A stretch of DNA of 64,000 nt from Heterodontus francisci (Eukaryota), in contig NC_090399.1 in assembly GCF_036365525.1 (NCBI RefSeq), positions 61,350,430 to 61,414,429 of the forward strand, written 5' to 3'. Below, in pieces: positions 23,589 through 35,029 of the stretch (the first letter of the stretch is position 1; every line of letters begins with the position of its first letter). The translations under genes were made by a program, and so were the position numbers. The notes under the pieces are model-generated. The model did no database searches and was not told where the DNA came from. It saw nothing but the letters and a program-made list of their open reading frames with translations.

Positions 23589-25055
23589 CATAGAGTCATT
23601 ACAACACAGATTGAAGCCATTTGGCCCATTGTGTCCATGCCAGCTCCCTATACAGAGTCAGTCCCATTCCCTCGCCCTACCCCCGAAGGCCGGAAAGTTT
23701 CTTTCTCTCAAGTGTCGATCCAATTTCCTTTTGAAATCATTGATCGGCCCTGCTTCCATCACCCTCGTAGGCAGCGAGTTACAGGTCATTACCACTCGCT
23801 ACATATAAAAATTCTTCTTCATATTTCCCCTGCATCTTTTGTCCAAAACCTTAAATCTGTGTCCCCTCGTCCTTGCACCATCAGCCAATGGGAACAGATT
23901 TTCTTTGTCTACCTTATCTAAATCTGACATAAATGTGTACCTCTCTGTTAAATCTCCCCTCAACTTCCTTTGCTCCAAGAAGAATAACCCCAGTTTCTCC
24001 AACCTAACCTTGTAACTAAAATCCTGCAGCTGGAATTTTACACCCCCTGCAGGAGCGGGCTGGAGGTGGAGGAGGGAGGTTGTAAAACTGAGTGGGAGGT
24101 GGGGGGGTGCCGTTCCCGTCGCCTTCCAGCACTCGCTGCAGTTTCACGTGCGGTGGTGGCGGCAAGAAACGGCCCACCCGCCTCAGGCCAATTAAAGCCC
24201 TTAAGTAGCCAATTAACAGCCACTTCAGGGCCTCCTCCCATCACTGCCAGTCCATTACCAGCAGCATGTGCGCAGCTCAAGACCTTAAGAGGCCACTCGG
24301 CAAAACCTAGCAGCCACCACTGCAGCACATTCCTCCCCTCCGCCCCCACAACTGACTCCGCTTGCCTTGACAGGGCCCGGCCGATTGTCCCCGGTGAGGC
24401 CCCGCACACTTAGCTTCATTCTAAGGCCAGCATCCATGCTGCACCTCTCGCCGGGTGCAGTGCCAGTCGTGCCACCGCTCCTGTTGGCACTGCTGGGACT
24501 GAGAGCTGACAGCCCGCTGATTGGCAGCTCCTGGAGGTTGGAGTTCCTGCCTCAGAGGGGTTGAACTCCTGCCCGAGGACAATTAACGGCCAGGGGCCCG
24601 TAAAATCTCTGCATGGCTTCCAGGTGGGATGGAGGCGGGCTCACCCCCGAATTCTTGGCCATTGGGTGGGGCCTCCAGCCCAACGTACGATTCCAGCCTG
24701 CATCCCTGGAACCATTCTGGTAAATCTCCTCCGCACCCTCTCAAAGACTCTCACAACCTTCCTAAAGTGTGATGTTCAGAACTGGATGCAATACTTTAGT
24801 TGTGGCCTAACCAGAGCTTCAAAATGGTAAAGCATAATTTCTATTCAATTATTTATCTATTTATGCAGTACAAGTTCCCACATGCTCTGCTAATTATTCT
24901 CTCAACATGTTCTGCCACCTTCAAAGGTCTACGCACATGAATACCCTGGTCCCTCTGTTCCTGCAAACTGTGTTGTTAAGTCTCTATTGCTTCTTCCTAT
25001 TTCTTCTGCCAAAATGCAACATCTCACATTGCTCTGTAGTAAATTCCATCTGCTA
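23589..25055 (-). mobile_element. CR1 3' fragment split by a MITE
   Basis: EKLGLFFLEQRKLRGDL; CR1 sequence resumes after 24697. Confidence 0.85.
24029..24697. mobile_element. GC-rich non-autonomous DNA element (MITE, Harbinger-like ends)
   Basis: Imperfect TIRs GCTGGAATTTTAC / GTACGATTCCAGC, with CTGCA on both sides. It interrupts a CR1 precisely. Confidence 0.75.
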
Positions 25056-27099
25056 CTTGTACAGGAAAGTGCAGTTGGTGTTTGTAGGAGGATTGTACTG
25101 TGCTTACAGGTAATGTTACTTGTCTTATCTGGCTCCCATACAGTTTGAGCTATTTTCTGGACAGTTAATATCCACAAAGAAATGTGCTCCCAGGACGACT
25201 GTGAAACAGCTCAAAGAGCTCCTCCCCCACCCCTCTTCTCACATCATATCACATTCATTTCTCATCAGTTCAGACCAGGATGCACCTGTCCTGAGCTTTG
25301 CATTTTGTAGGCATCAACAGTTTAGCTTTATATTTGACACAGATCCTTTTGCACCTCGCATGACCATTTGCATACTGTAATTTATTTTTACACACGTATT
25401 ATTGCTGCATACTTGTAATTAAAAATCGAGAAGAGAAAGCTTATTCCGTGCCCTTACAGTGCCTCATCTCCAGGCCGATCCTCCAATGTCATCCAACCAT
25501 CTGTGCTCAGACTGTTTCAACTGGAACAAAGGAGACAAGAGGAGATTTCATTGAGGGATTTTCAAATGATGAAGGGTTTTGATCAAGTGAATCGGGAAAT
25601 ACGATTTCCTCTGTTTTAGGGGCCATTGAAGAGGGGGCAATAATTTAAAATGCTCATTGAGTGAGGAGAGAGGATAGGAGACATTCCTTCTGAGTTGTTT
25701 GGAACATGGAATGCCCTACAAACAGGGAGTGGGTGATGGAAAGAGCTTTGCATCTTTTAAAGGGAAATTGGATCAATATTTGAAGGAGTGAAAGAGACTG
25801 GTTGGTCAGATTGCAGAGCTCACAGAGGCTGTCTATAGTGTGTGAGTCAGAGTTTGGAGAGTAAGGTCACTGAGTCTGTCATCCCTACCACTTCCACCTT
25901 CGGGATTCTGACATTGATTTCTATTGTTAAATATATAAATTGACCCCGTCTCCCCTTGTGCTGGACCTCCACATCCAGCCATCCTGTCCCCACATCAGCA
26001 TCAAGCAGCAAACCTGCTCCAGCTCCAACTCCACTTCACCATTGCTTGGGGTTAATGACACTGAAACTGGTTAGTGCCAAGTCCATACAGTCATCTCCCA
26101 CTGATGTCAGCTGTGGGTTCACCTTGGGACTGAACAGGACAGGCTCAGGATGGGGAGGCTCCTGTTGTCTTGATGGTTCAGAGTGGGACAGGATGCTTAT
26201 GGCCACTCACCAACCTGTCCCTGATATCCCAGTCCACACCATCAGGTGAAGCCCTGTTAACAGCTTCTATTGAGACCTCCCAGGATGAAGACAAATGGTC
26301 CTCTTTGGGCACCAGCGTCTCTGAGGTGTCTGTGCACAGACACAATGGGCTGAATGGCCTCCTTCTGTGCTGTAATTGTTCTGTGGGTCTATGGTGCCAG
26401 AGTCAGGCTGGTTCACCCAGGCAGCACCAGCTACTGTCGGTGAGTCCATCACCCGAGGCATCTGCCATCCCCTCTGGTGCCACTAACCCAGCCCTGGGAC
26501 ATTGGTCTCCAGTTGGCACTGGCTCATTTGGGGACATCACCCTCTGAGGACTCAACCATGCTCAGGATCGTCGATGTTGTGGGTGATTTCCACCTTGGTG
26601 AGGGCAGTCGCAGGTCTCTGTTCACTTTTTATAGATCAGTGTCTCCCCCACCATCACTGTGGAGCCACCTTCAACCTCTCCCTCTAACTGCTGAGGGACA
26701 GCCAGATTGCGAGGGCACCCTCTCCCAGGGAGGGTACATGTGTCTCAGTGCCACTTCCCCCAAGTGGCAGGGGTTCACATCTCGAAGGTTTAACCAATGA
26801 CTTGTATTCATCAGTTTATAGCTGCCTTGATCCCTGCTCCCAGGACTCCCTATCAACCTTCCCTGTCGGCTCAGCCTGTGGAAGCTTCCTGGAATTGGGA
26901 GCCAGAGTCGGAACACAACCAGCATCTGTTGAGGCCTTTTCATGAGAGAGAGAGAGAGTCAGAGACCAGGAGCAGGTTGGTATCTGCCATCCCACACTGC
27001 TGCCACAGAGGGATTGGGCCAGTAGTTAACAGGGACGTCTCCAAAGGCCATTCCTAATTTACTGCTGGGTTGGAGAGAGCTCTTGGCTGTGGCTTTCTG

Positions 27100-27500
27100 T
27101 TCCTTCAAGGAATATTATACCTACATTCCCTCCGTTCAGGGGCAGTGCCAGGAGCCAGTGGACAGTCAGTTCCTCAGGGAGCCAGTAATTGTCCAGTCTT
27201 TGGTTGGCAGGGTAAGTGAGAACACTGTCCGGTCAATGCAAATACAGGCAAACGGCAGACTGTGGTAGTGGGGCTAAGCTGCTCGTGATGGAGGTGGAAT
27301 GAAAGGCTGGTCTGTCCAAAGACACAGGGAACTGTCTCAAACTGTTCATAGTGTAACCAGTCCACTGGCCTACTCTAGATAGTAGAGCAGGAGGGACAGG
27401 CAAGATTTCCCTGAGAGGCAGCAGAGAGGGAAGGAGGGTAATGGGAAAGCAGTAACTGAGCTCTGGATAGACATGGAACTTTCATCCAGGTAGGATGGTG
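27100..27500 (-). mobile_element. Possible highly decayed Tx1/L1 ORF1 remnant (boundaries uncertain)
   Basis: GQWTGY near 27360, then TAC CCT G[g]C CAA CCA AAG ACT = YPGQPKT with a one-base deletion (27214-27195). This resembles the GxWTG...YxGQPKxC motifs of Tx1 ORF1. Confidence 0.4.
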
Positions 27501-27700
27501 AAGGCCAGTGAGAATTACTGGCTGCTCTGGGAATTCCCTGTCTGGTATTGTACTGGTCATGGGGCAGGGGGAAGGGATGGTCAGGGTGATGGTTTCAAAG
27601 TCAACCCTGATCAAATGATTCTTAGTGATCCTGGTTCTTTGTGTCAGGGTCTGGGACTGGACAGAGTGAACACACAGATACAGTTTGTGGAACAAGTGTT

Positions 27701-27706
27701 TTTATT
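27701..27706 (-). terminator. Putative polyadenylation signal
   Basis: AATAAA on the minus strand, followed about 20 nt later by tgtatctgtgtgttc. An alternative ATTAAA is at 27855-27850. Confidence 0.6.
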
Positions 27707-27987
27707 ATTCAATAGGTACAAATGTAAACTTTAATCCAGTACGTAGAGTGGTACAGAGTGCAATCCCAAACATTTTACATTCCCCACCCTCGGTTCATAC
27801 AACAGGCCAGTGACAGACTGGGTTCAGGGAAGTGAAGCTGTTCATTTCATTTAATAAACCACATTCCCGGGAAACACAGGATCCAACCTCAGGCACCAAT
27901 GAAGACGGACAGTTAAAAAACAGAAACTTAAACTGATCAGAGAATTAAAACGTCGAACCTCCCAGAGGGAAGAGATAGAAACATAGT

Positions 27988-30075
27988 CAGTGATCTGTGA
28001 TTGGTCAATGGCCTGTCGATCCCTCCCTATAATCAGTGATTTGTGATTGGTCAGTGGCCTGTCGATCCCTCCCTATGCTCAGTGATTTGTGATTGGTCAG
28101 TGGCCTGTCGATCCCTCCCTGTGCTCAGTGATTTGTGATTGGTCAGTGGCCTGTCGATCCCTCCCTGTGCTCAGTGATCTGTGACCGGTCACTGGTCTGT
28201 CGATCCCTCCCTGTGTTCAGTGATCTGTGACCGGTCACTGGCCTGTTGATCCCACCCTGTGCTCAGTGATCTGTGATTGGTCACCGGCCTGTCGATCCCT
28301 CCCTGTGCTCAGTGATCTGTGATTGGTCAGTGGCCTGTCGATCCCTCCCTGTGCTCAGTGATCTGTGATTGGTCAGTGGCCTGTCGATCCCTCCCTGTGC
28401 TCAGTGATCTGTGATTGGTCACCGGCCTGTCGATCCCTCCCTATAATCAATGATCTGTGATTGGTCACCGGCCTGTCGATCCCTCCCTATAATCAGTGAT
28501 CTGTGATTGGTCACCGGTCTGTCAATCACTCCCTGTGCTCAGTGATCTATGATTGGTCACCGGTCTGTCGATCCCTCCCTGTGCTCAGTGATCTGTGATT
28601 GGTCACCGGCCTGTCGATCCCTCCCTATAATCAATGATCTGTGATTGGTCACCGGTCTGTCAATCACTCCCTGTGCTCAGTGATCTATGATTGGTCACCG
28701 GCCTGTCGATCCCTCCCTATAATCAGAGATCTGTGATTGGTCACCGGTCTGTCAATCACTCCCTGTGCTCAGTGATCTATGATTGGTCACCGGCCTGTCG
28801 ATCCCTCCCTATAATCAGAGATCTATGATTGGTCACCGGCCTGTCGATCCCTCCCTATAATCAGTGATCTGTGATTGGTCACCGGCCTGTATATCCCTCC
28901 CTGTGCTCAGTGATCTCTGGTCAGTGGCCTGTCGATCCCTCCCTATAATCAGAGATCTGTGATTCGTCACCAGCCTGTCGATCCCTCCCTGTGCTCAGTG
29001 ATCTGTGATTGGTCACCGGTCTGTCGATCCCTCCCTGTGCTCAGTGATCTTTGATTGGTCAGTGGCCTGTCGATCCCTCCCTATAATCAGAGATCTGTGA
29101 TTGGTCACTGGCCTGTTGATCCCTCCCTGTGCTCAGTGATCTCTGGTCAGTGGCCTGTCGATCCCTCCCTGTGCTCAGTGATCTGTGATTGGTCACCTGC
29201 CTGTCGATCCCTCCCTGTGCTCAGTGATCTGTGATTGGTCACCGGCCTGTCGATCCCTCCCTATAATCAGAGATCTGTGATTGGTCACTGGCCTGTTGAT
29301 CCCTCCCTGTGCTCAGTGATCTATGATTGTTCACCGGCCTGTCAATCCCTCCCTGTGCTCAGTGATCTATGATTGGTCACGGCCTGTCGATCCCTCCCTG
29401 TGCTCAGTGATTGGTCACCAGCCTGTCGATCCCTCCCTGTGCTCAGTGATCTGTGATTGGTCACGGCCTGTCGATCCCTCCCTGTGCTCAGTGATCTGTG
29501 ATTGGTCACCTGCCTGTCGATCCCTCCCTGTGCTCAGTGATCTGTGATTGGTCACCTGCCTGTCGATCCCTCCCTGTGCTCAGTGATCTGTGATTGGTCA
29601 CCTGCCTGTCGATCCCTCCCTGTGCTCAGTGATCTGTGATTGGTCACCTGCCTGTCGATCCCTCCCTGTGCTCAGTGATCTGTGATTGGTCACCTGCCTG
29701 TCGATCCCTCCCTGTGCTCAGTGATCTGTGATTGGTCACCTGCCTGTCGATCCCTCCCTGTGCTCAGTGATCTGTGATTGGTCACGGCCTGTCAATCCCT
29801 CCCTGTGCTCAGTGATCTGTGATTGGTCACGGCCTGTCGATCCCTCCCTGTGCTCAGTGGTCTGTGATTGGTCAGTGGCCTGTCGATCCCTCCCTGTGCT
29901 CAGTGATCTGTGATTGGTCACGGCCTGTCAATCCCTCCCTGTGCTCAGTGATCTGTGATTGGTCACGGCCTGTCGATCCCTCCCTGTGCTCAGTGGTCTG
30001 TGATTGGTCAGTGGCCTGTCGATCCCTCCCTGTGCTCAGTGATCTGTGATTGGTCACGGTCTGTCGATCCCTCCC
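27988..30075. repeat. Minisatellite, 46-bp unit, about 45 copies
   Basis: Unit CAGTGATCTGTGATTGGTCA(C/G)YGGCCTGTCGATCCCTCCCTGTGCT; spacing of 46 between 28151 and 28197. Confidence 0.98.
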
Positions 30076-30489
30076 CTTTACTGGTTTAAATGAACATTTC
30101 TCAGATGCAGGAATGCAAGCAACAACAGCAATTAGAAACATCTCAATATTAAACTCCAAAATATTCAACTGGAGATTTCTACCAAATTACCAAGCAGAAA
30201 ATAAACTCAGAATTCCAATAAATGATAGATGTATTGTTTCACTATATAAAACACAGCCAAATAAAGATAAAACATCCAGATTGTTTCTAAATGAATCCTC
30301 CCAGTGACACAGCCAGTCCAATCTCTAGTTCAAGTAATCTTCAATTCGGAATCAACCTGGCAAATGAGAGAAGGACAGAATCACATGGAGGCTTCACACC
30401 CAGTACAGGAGTTGGAACCCAGAAAGATCAATGTGGAAACTCTGTTCCTTAGACACTTACTCCATCCCTCTCCCTGGTCACTGTCAGAC

Positions 30490-30985
30490 TGAACCAGATT
30501 GTTCACAACCTCAGTGTCCTATTTATTCCTGAGCTGAGCTTCCAACACCATAACCTCTCCATCACCAAGATCCCCTCTTGATCCAGCGCAGTAACACTAA
30601 CCTACTCCATCTCTGCCTCAGCTCATCTGCTGCTGAAACTCTCATCAATACCTTCATTACCCCCAGACACTGCTGACCAACCTCTCATATTTCATCCTCC
30701 ATAAACTTTAGGTCATCCAAAACTCTGCTGCCCGAATCCTAACTCACACCAAGTCCCATTCACCATCACCCCTGCGTTCTCTATCCTACATAGGTTCCTG
30801 GTCCGGTAATGTCTCAATTGATTTTAAGGTTCTCATCCTCATTGTCAAATCCCTCCATATCTTCATAACCTCTGTAGCCCCCCAACTCAGAGATCTCTAC
30901 GCACCTCCAATTCTGACCTCTTTCTTCCCCCCCTCCCCCCCAATCCCACTCCCTTTAACACATCATTGGCAGCTGTTCCAGGTGT
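30490..30985 (+). mobile_element. L2 LINE 3' remnant
   Basis: Decayed LSSSAAETLI, VIQNSAARILT and PITP..L motifs typical of the L2 C-terminus. Confidence 0.7.
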
Positions 30986-32230
30986 CATGGGACAGGTTCC
31001 CTACAGTCACAGGTAAAGAGTGCAGTGATATGACTGAACCCAGACTGACCAGCCTGAACCCACAATCCATCCCCTGAAACCTCTCCAGGAGCACCATATC
31101 TCAGTGAAGATCGAGTGTCCCAGCACAGGATCACCAGGCTCACTGCACAATCTATCAGTCTAAGACCCAGGCTCCAAAATGAAGTCTAATCTCTGTCCCC
31201 ACGTACACAGCACAACTATCTCCCCCTCTCCAGGTGACAGATCCCATCCTCCTGTATATTAAACAGCTGCAGTGTCTCACTAAGCAGCTGACAGCATCCG
31301 GAAGTTTGTTGCTCACCAGCCCAGCTTTAGAAAGTTCCAGTTCTCCGTGTGATTCATGTCTTTGCTGCCTGGAATATTAACCTGCACAATCCAGTCACAC
31401 TCCTGGAATCACCTGCTCCCTTCCCAACATATTGACCTCCCATTGGTCCAAAACAGTTGTACGTTTAATTCATTGGCTCAAGGGAACTGGATGCAGGTCA
31501 GGCACATTTAACAGAACAAGAGAATCCCAGGAGGTTCATGTTACACCATCAGTGCAGGACCAGGGGTACAAAGTAACAAGACAAGTTCAGAACAAGTCAG
31601 CAGTACTTAGACTGGTCTCTGGATAGAGACGTGGACAGCAGTTAGACATGGGGGAGTGTGAGGAATCATAGCAGTCTGAGCAAGGAGGAGCCAGAGAGGC
31701 TGAATGGCCTCCCTGTGGTTTGTAATATACAAGTATATCTTTGTGATGGGGAAGAGCAGCAATGAATGGTGAGGAGCAGTAGGAGAATGAAAGGAGGTGA
31801 CTCGAGGTTAAATTGAGGAGGACAGCTTCACTCTACCTGACCAGACCTGGGCCTGCTCGATACTGATGGTGGGTTAAAAAAACTGCTCCTTGTCACAAAA
31901 CCAGCTGATATTGATGGAACTCCTGTGTATTAAACCAGAGTTGATCAATGGTAGGCCACGACTATCAGAGTTAGTCACTTTACCACTGGAGCTTGTGTCT
32001 CTTACAGACTGGCTCATGAAACTCAACTTACACTTTATTTATTTATTTTTATTTCTATTTAGAGATACAGCACTATGTGAGAAATTTATGTAAACAAGTG
32101 AAAACACTGCGAGCCAGTGGTGAAACTCAGGAAAGTCCCTTCCGATACCCTGAGCTCACAGTTACTGCTGTTTATAAACTGCTTTGATGCTAGTTTAGCT
32201 GCTGTTAAACTCCAGTGAGTGATTCATACC

Positions 32231-32277
32231 TCAGGCCAGGGCTGATGAGTTCGAGGATGATTCCACTCCTCTTACAG
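32231..32277 (-). CDS. UAA: MHC class I cytoplasmic exon 2 (PVRGVESSSNSSALA*)
   Basis: Acceptor tctttctttttcacag|; Ser-rich tail; TGA at 32233-32231, then G|gtatga. Confidence 0.9.
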
Positions 32278-32340
32278 CTGTGAAAAAGAAAGATTTCAGT
32301 CACACAGTCACTTTACAACATGGTGAATGTTCCATATCGA

Positions 32341-32427
32341 GACAGAGAGAGAGAGACAGAGAGAGAGAGAGACAGAGAGAGAGAGAGACAGAGAGAGAGA
32401 GAGACAGAGAGACAGAGAGACAGACAG
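32341..32427. repeat. (GA)n/(GACA) microsatellite in MHC intron 6
   Basis: Direct sequence. Confidence 0.95.
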
Positions 32428-32579
32428 GTAAACACACACAGAGACAAAGTAATGGAGCTATACTGTCTTAACAGACCAGAAATGGCTGTTCAGCCAATCG
32501 AGTCCATGCCAGAAAGTTCTGCCTCGAAGACAAGGCAGCTAACAACTGAACCAGACTATTGTAATATTTGCACACTTAC

Positions 32580-32615
32580 GATTTGCTGAGCTGTAACCGT
32601 GTTTATATTCTCCTC
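32580..32615 (-). CDS. UAA: MHC class I cytoplasmic exon 1 (GGEYKHGYSSAN)
   Basis: ctttgtag|GA...AAT C|gtaagt; 36 bp, phase 1-1; carries the conserved YxxA tyrosine motif. Confidence 0.9.
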
Positions 32616-32773
32616 CTACAAAGATCAGAAACAGAACTTCAGTTAACAAAAGCTCCCCCACCCACCCCTCACCCACACAAACTTACTGTAGACATGGGGG
32701 GAATGACCAGCTTAACCTGAGCTCGCTTACAGGAGACTCTGCTCCTCACTCAACCCTTTACTCTGCATTCAGC

Positions 32774-33425
32774 CCAGTCCCTTCATCCCCTGTACAGGCC
32801 TCCCAGTCCCCTCACTCCCTGTAGGGGACCTCAGTCCCCTGACTCCCTATATGGGCCCTCAGTCACCTCACACCCTGTACGGGACCTCAGTCCCCTCACT
32901 CCCTGTACGGGATCTCAGTCCCCTCACTCCCTGTACAGGCCCCCAGTCCCCTCACTCCCTGTAGGGGACCTCAGTCCCCTGACTCCCTATATGGGCCCTC
33001 AGTCACCTCACACCCTGTACGGGACCTCAGTCACCTCACTCCCTGTACGGGATCTCAGTCCCCTCACTCCCTGTACGGGACCTCAGTCCTCTCACTCCCT
33101 GTACGGGACCTCAGTCACCTCACTCCATGTAAGGGTCCCTCAGTCCCCTGACTCCCCATATAGGCCCTCAGTCACCTCACTCCCTGTACGGGACCTCAGT
33201 CCCCTGACTCCCGATATGGGCCCTCAGTCACCTCACTCCCTGTACAGGCCCCCAGTCCCCTCACTCCCTGTACAGGCCCTCAGTCACCTCACTCCCTGTA
33301 CAGGCCCCCATTCCCCTCAGTCCAAGTATGGGACCCCCAGTCCCCTCACTCCGTGTAAGAGTCCCTCAGTCCCAGCTCCCCATATGGGCCCTCGGTCCTC
33401 TCACTTCCTGTTCCTCAGCCCCCTC
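32774..33425. repeat. Minisatellite, ~28-bp unit, in MHC intron 5
   Basis: CCTCAGTC(C/A)CCTCACTCCCTGTACGGGA repeated more than 20 times. Confidence 0.93.
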
Positions 33426-33559
33426 ACGCTCTGTACATCACTGGACTGTGTGTGCATTTCCCACATGTGTAGGAAAGTCTCTAATGCTTTGATATTTGTG
33501 CTTTAACATTTTAAAACTGCTGATACCAGAGAGTGACAGACCCTGCCCTCACTTCCTAC

Positions 33560-33685
33560 CTCTCCTTTTCAACGCAACTGCACCGATGACAACAGCAATC
33601 AGAGCGATGGCAGCAACAACAATTCCAACAATCAGTCTGATATTTGTTCCCTCTGAAGATCCTACAGTCACTGGGAGCATCCTGG
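33560..33685 (-). CDS. UAA: MHC class I connecting peptide + transmembrane exon
   Basis: ccccacag|CC AGG ATG...AGA G|gtagga; 126 bp; ARMLPVTVGSSEGTNIRLIVGIVVAAIALIAVVIGAVALKRR. Confidence 0.93.
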
Positions 33686-34019
33686 CTGTGGGGGGGGGGG
33701 AGGGGGGAAATGAGGAGGAGATCAATGAATAACCACAATCGCTGCTCATTCAGAAGCAAGTGTACCAAAGCGGGGCCTGAGTTTGAATGAGATTCAAGTC
33801 TGTGATGTAATGGGCAGTCTCTGAGCAGAGCATGTTGTAGGTTAGAAAGGTTCAGCATGACTTGGATTACACTCCTGTGAAGCACTTTGGGATGTTTATC
33901 TACATTAAAGGAGATAAATAAATGCAGACATTGGAATTCCACATCATTCCAAAGACACTTCCAGTCACCCAAACAAGTGATTCATTCCCACATCAATCTC
34001 AGAATAGGCTTGTTGCAGC

Positions 34020-34842
34020 ATAGTGATGGGAGGTAGGGAGTTTCTAGGGAAAGGAAAGAGGGGGTGCCATATTGATCAAAGATACTGTTACAGCACTGGA
34101 AAGGGGTGACATGCTGGAGGATTCAATGTCAGAATCTATTTGGGTAGAGTTAAGGAACAATAGAGGAGCTATTTCATTGCTGGGTGTAAACTATTGGTCA
34201 CCCCAAATATAGGGAAGGAGGTCGAGAAGCAAATCTGCAGGTAGATTGCAGAAAGATGTAAGAACTTTGGAATGGTGATAATGGGGGAGTTCAATCATCC
34301 TAATATAGACTGGGATAGTAACAATGTAAAGGCAAAGGTCAGAAAGGAATTCCTGAAATGTATACAAGAGAACTTTATTGATCATTGTGTTTCCAGTTCA
34401 ATGTGGAAGGAGGCAGTGTTGGATCTAGTTCTGGGGAATGAAGTAGGGCAAGTGGAGCATGTTTTAATTGGGGTGCATTTGGGAAACAGTGATCACAATA
34501 TCATCAGGTTTACAGTAGTTATGGAAAATGACATGGAACAATTGAACATGAAATTACTCAACTGGAGGAGGGCTAATTTCAGTGAGTTGAAAAGCAGTCG
34601 ATTGGTTTGATAAACATCACTAAAGAGAGTGCTGCTAATTTCACAGTAGAGGAAGAGGTAGTAGAGAAACTGAATAGAATAAAAATTGATAAAGAGGAGG
34701 TAGTTAAAAGGTTGGCAATGCTGAAAGTAGAAAAGTCACTGAGATTACTGAGGGAATTAAAGGTGGAGATATCGGAGGCTGTGGTCACAATCTTGCAATC
34801 CTCCTTCGGTAGTGGGATGGTGCCAGAGGACTGGAGAGGTGC
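34020..34842 (+). mobile_element. CR1 endonuclease-region fragment
   Basis: GEFNHPNIDW, LDLVLGNE, LGNSDHN; ends at the assembly gap. Confidence 0.88.
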
Positions 34843-35008
34843 NNNNNNNNNNNNNNNNNNNNNNNNNNNNNNNNNNNNNNNNNNNNNNNNNNNNNNNNNN
34901 NNNNNNNNNNNNNNNNNNNNNNNNNNNNNNNNNNNNNNNNNNNNNNNNNNNNNNNNNNNNNNNNNNNNNNNNNNNNNNNNNNNNNNNNNNNNNNNNNNNN
35001 NNNNNNNN
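34843..35008. other. Assembly gap (166 N) inside MHC intron 4
   Basis: Run of N. Confidence 1.
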
Positions 35009-35029
35009 ACTTCAGTGGTGCGAGAATGT

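Larger units (their letters stand above)
21765..25458 (-). mobile_element. Deleted Gypsy/ERV-type LTR retroelement remnant (integrase between LTR-like direct repeats)
   Basis: Diverged ~170-bp direct repeats at 21768-21930 and 25277-25448; the upstream copy begins TGTAAGGG at 25458. Integrase remnant at 23200-23580 (WMHLQLD, LILDKLIKWTEAFP, RWGV...SDQGSHLTG, HPQ*SGVVER). Confidence 0.7.
27680..30356 (-). other. Probable non-coding terminal (3'UTR) exon of the MHC class I gene
   Basis: The stop codon is followed 1 nt later by a donor (TGA G|gtatga). The best downstream acceptor is ccttctctcatttgccag| at 30357. AATAAA and a GT-rich element lie at 27706-27660. Confidence 0.6.

Noticed and set aside
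24038-24830. GC-rich overlapping ORFs
   Set aside because: They lie within a MITE; stop-poor composition and no recognisable domain.
27988-30075. CRISPR-like appearance of the regular arrays
   Set aside because: The units are contiguous with no unique spacers, there are no cas genes, and the context is eukaryotic.
32230-32233. Intron after the stop codon as an NMD trigger
   Set aside because: The junction is 1 nt downstream of the stop, well inside the 50-55-nt rule.
32991-33506. 171-aa Pro/Ser/Thr-rich mucin-like ORF
   Set aside because: Antisense translation of the 28-bp intron 5 minisatellite.
33681-33685. Alternative TM acceptor 4 nt downstream (cagccag|G)
   Set aside because: It would shift the frame; the upstream AG keeps phase 1.
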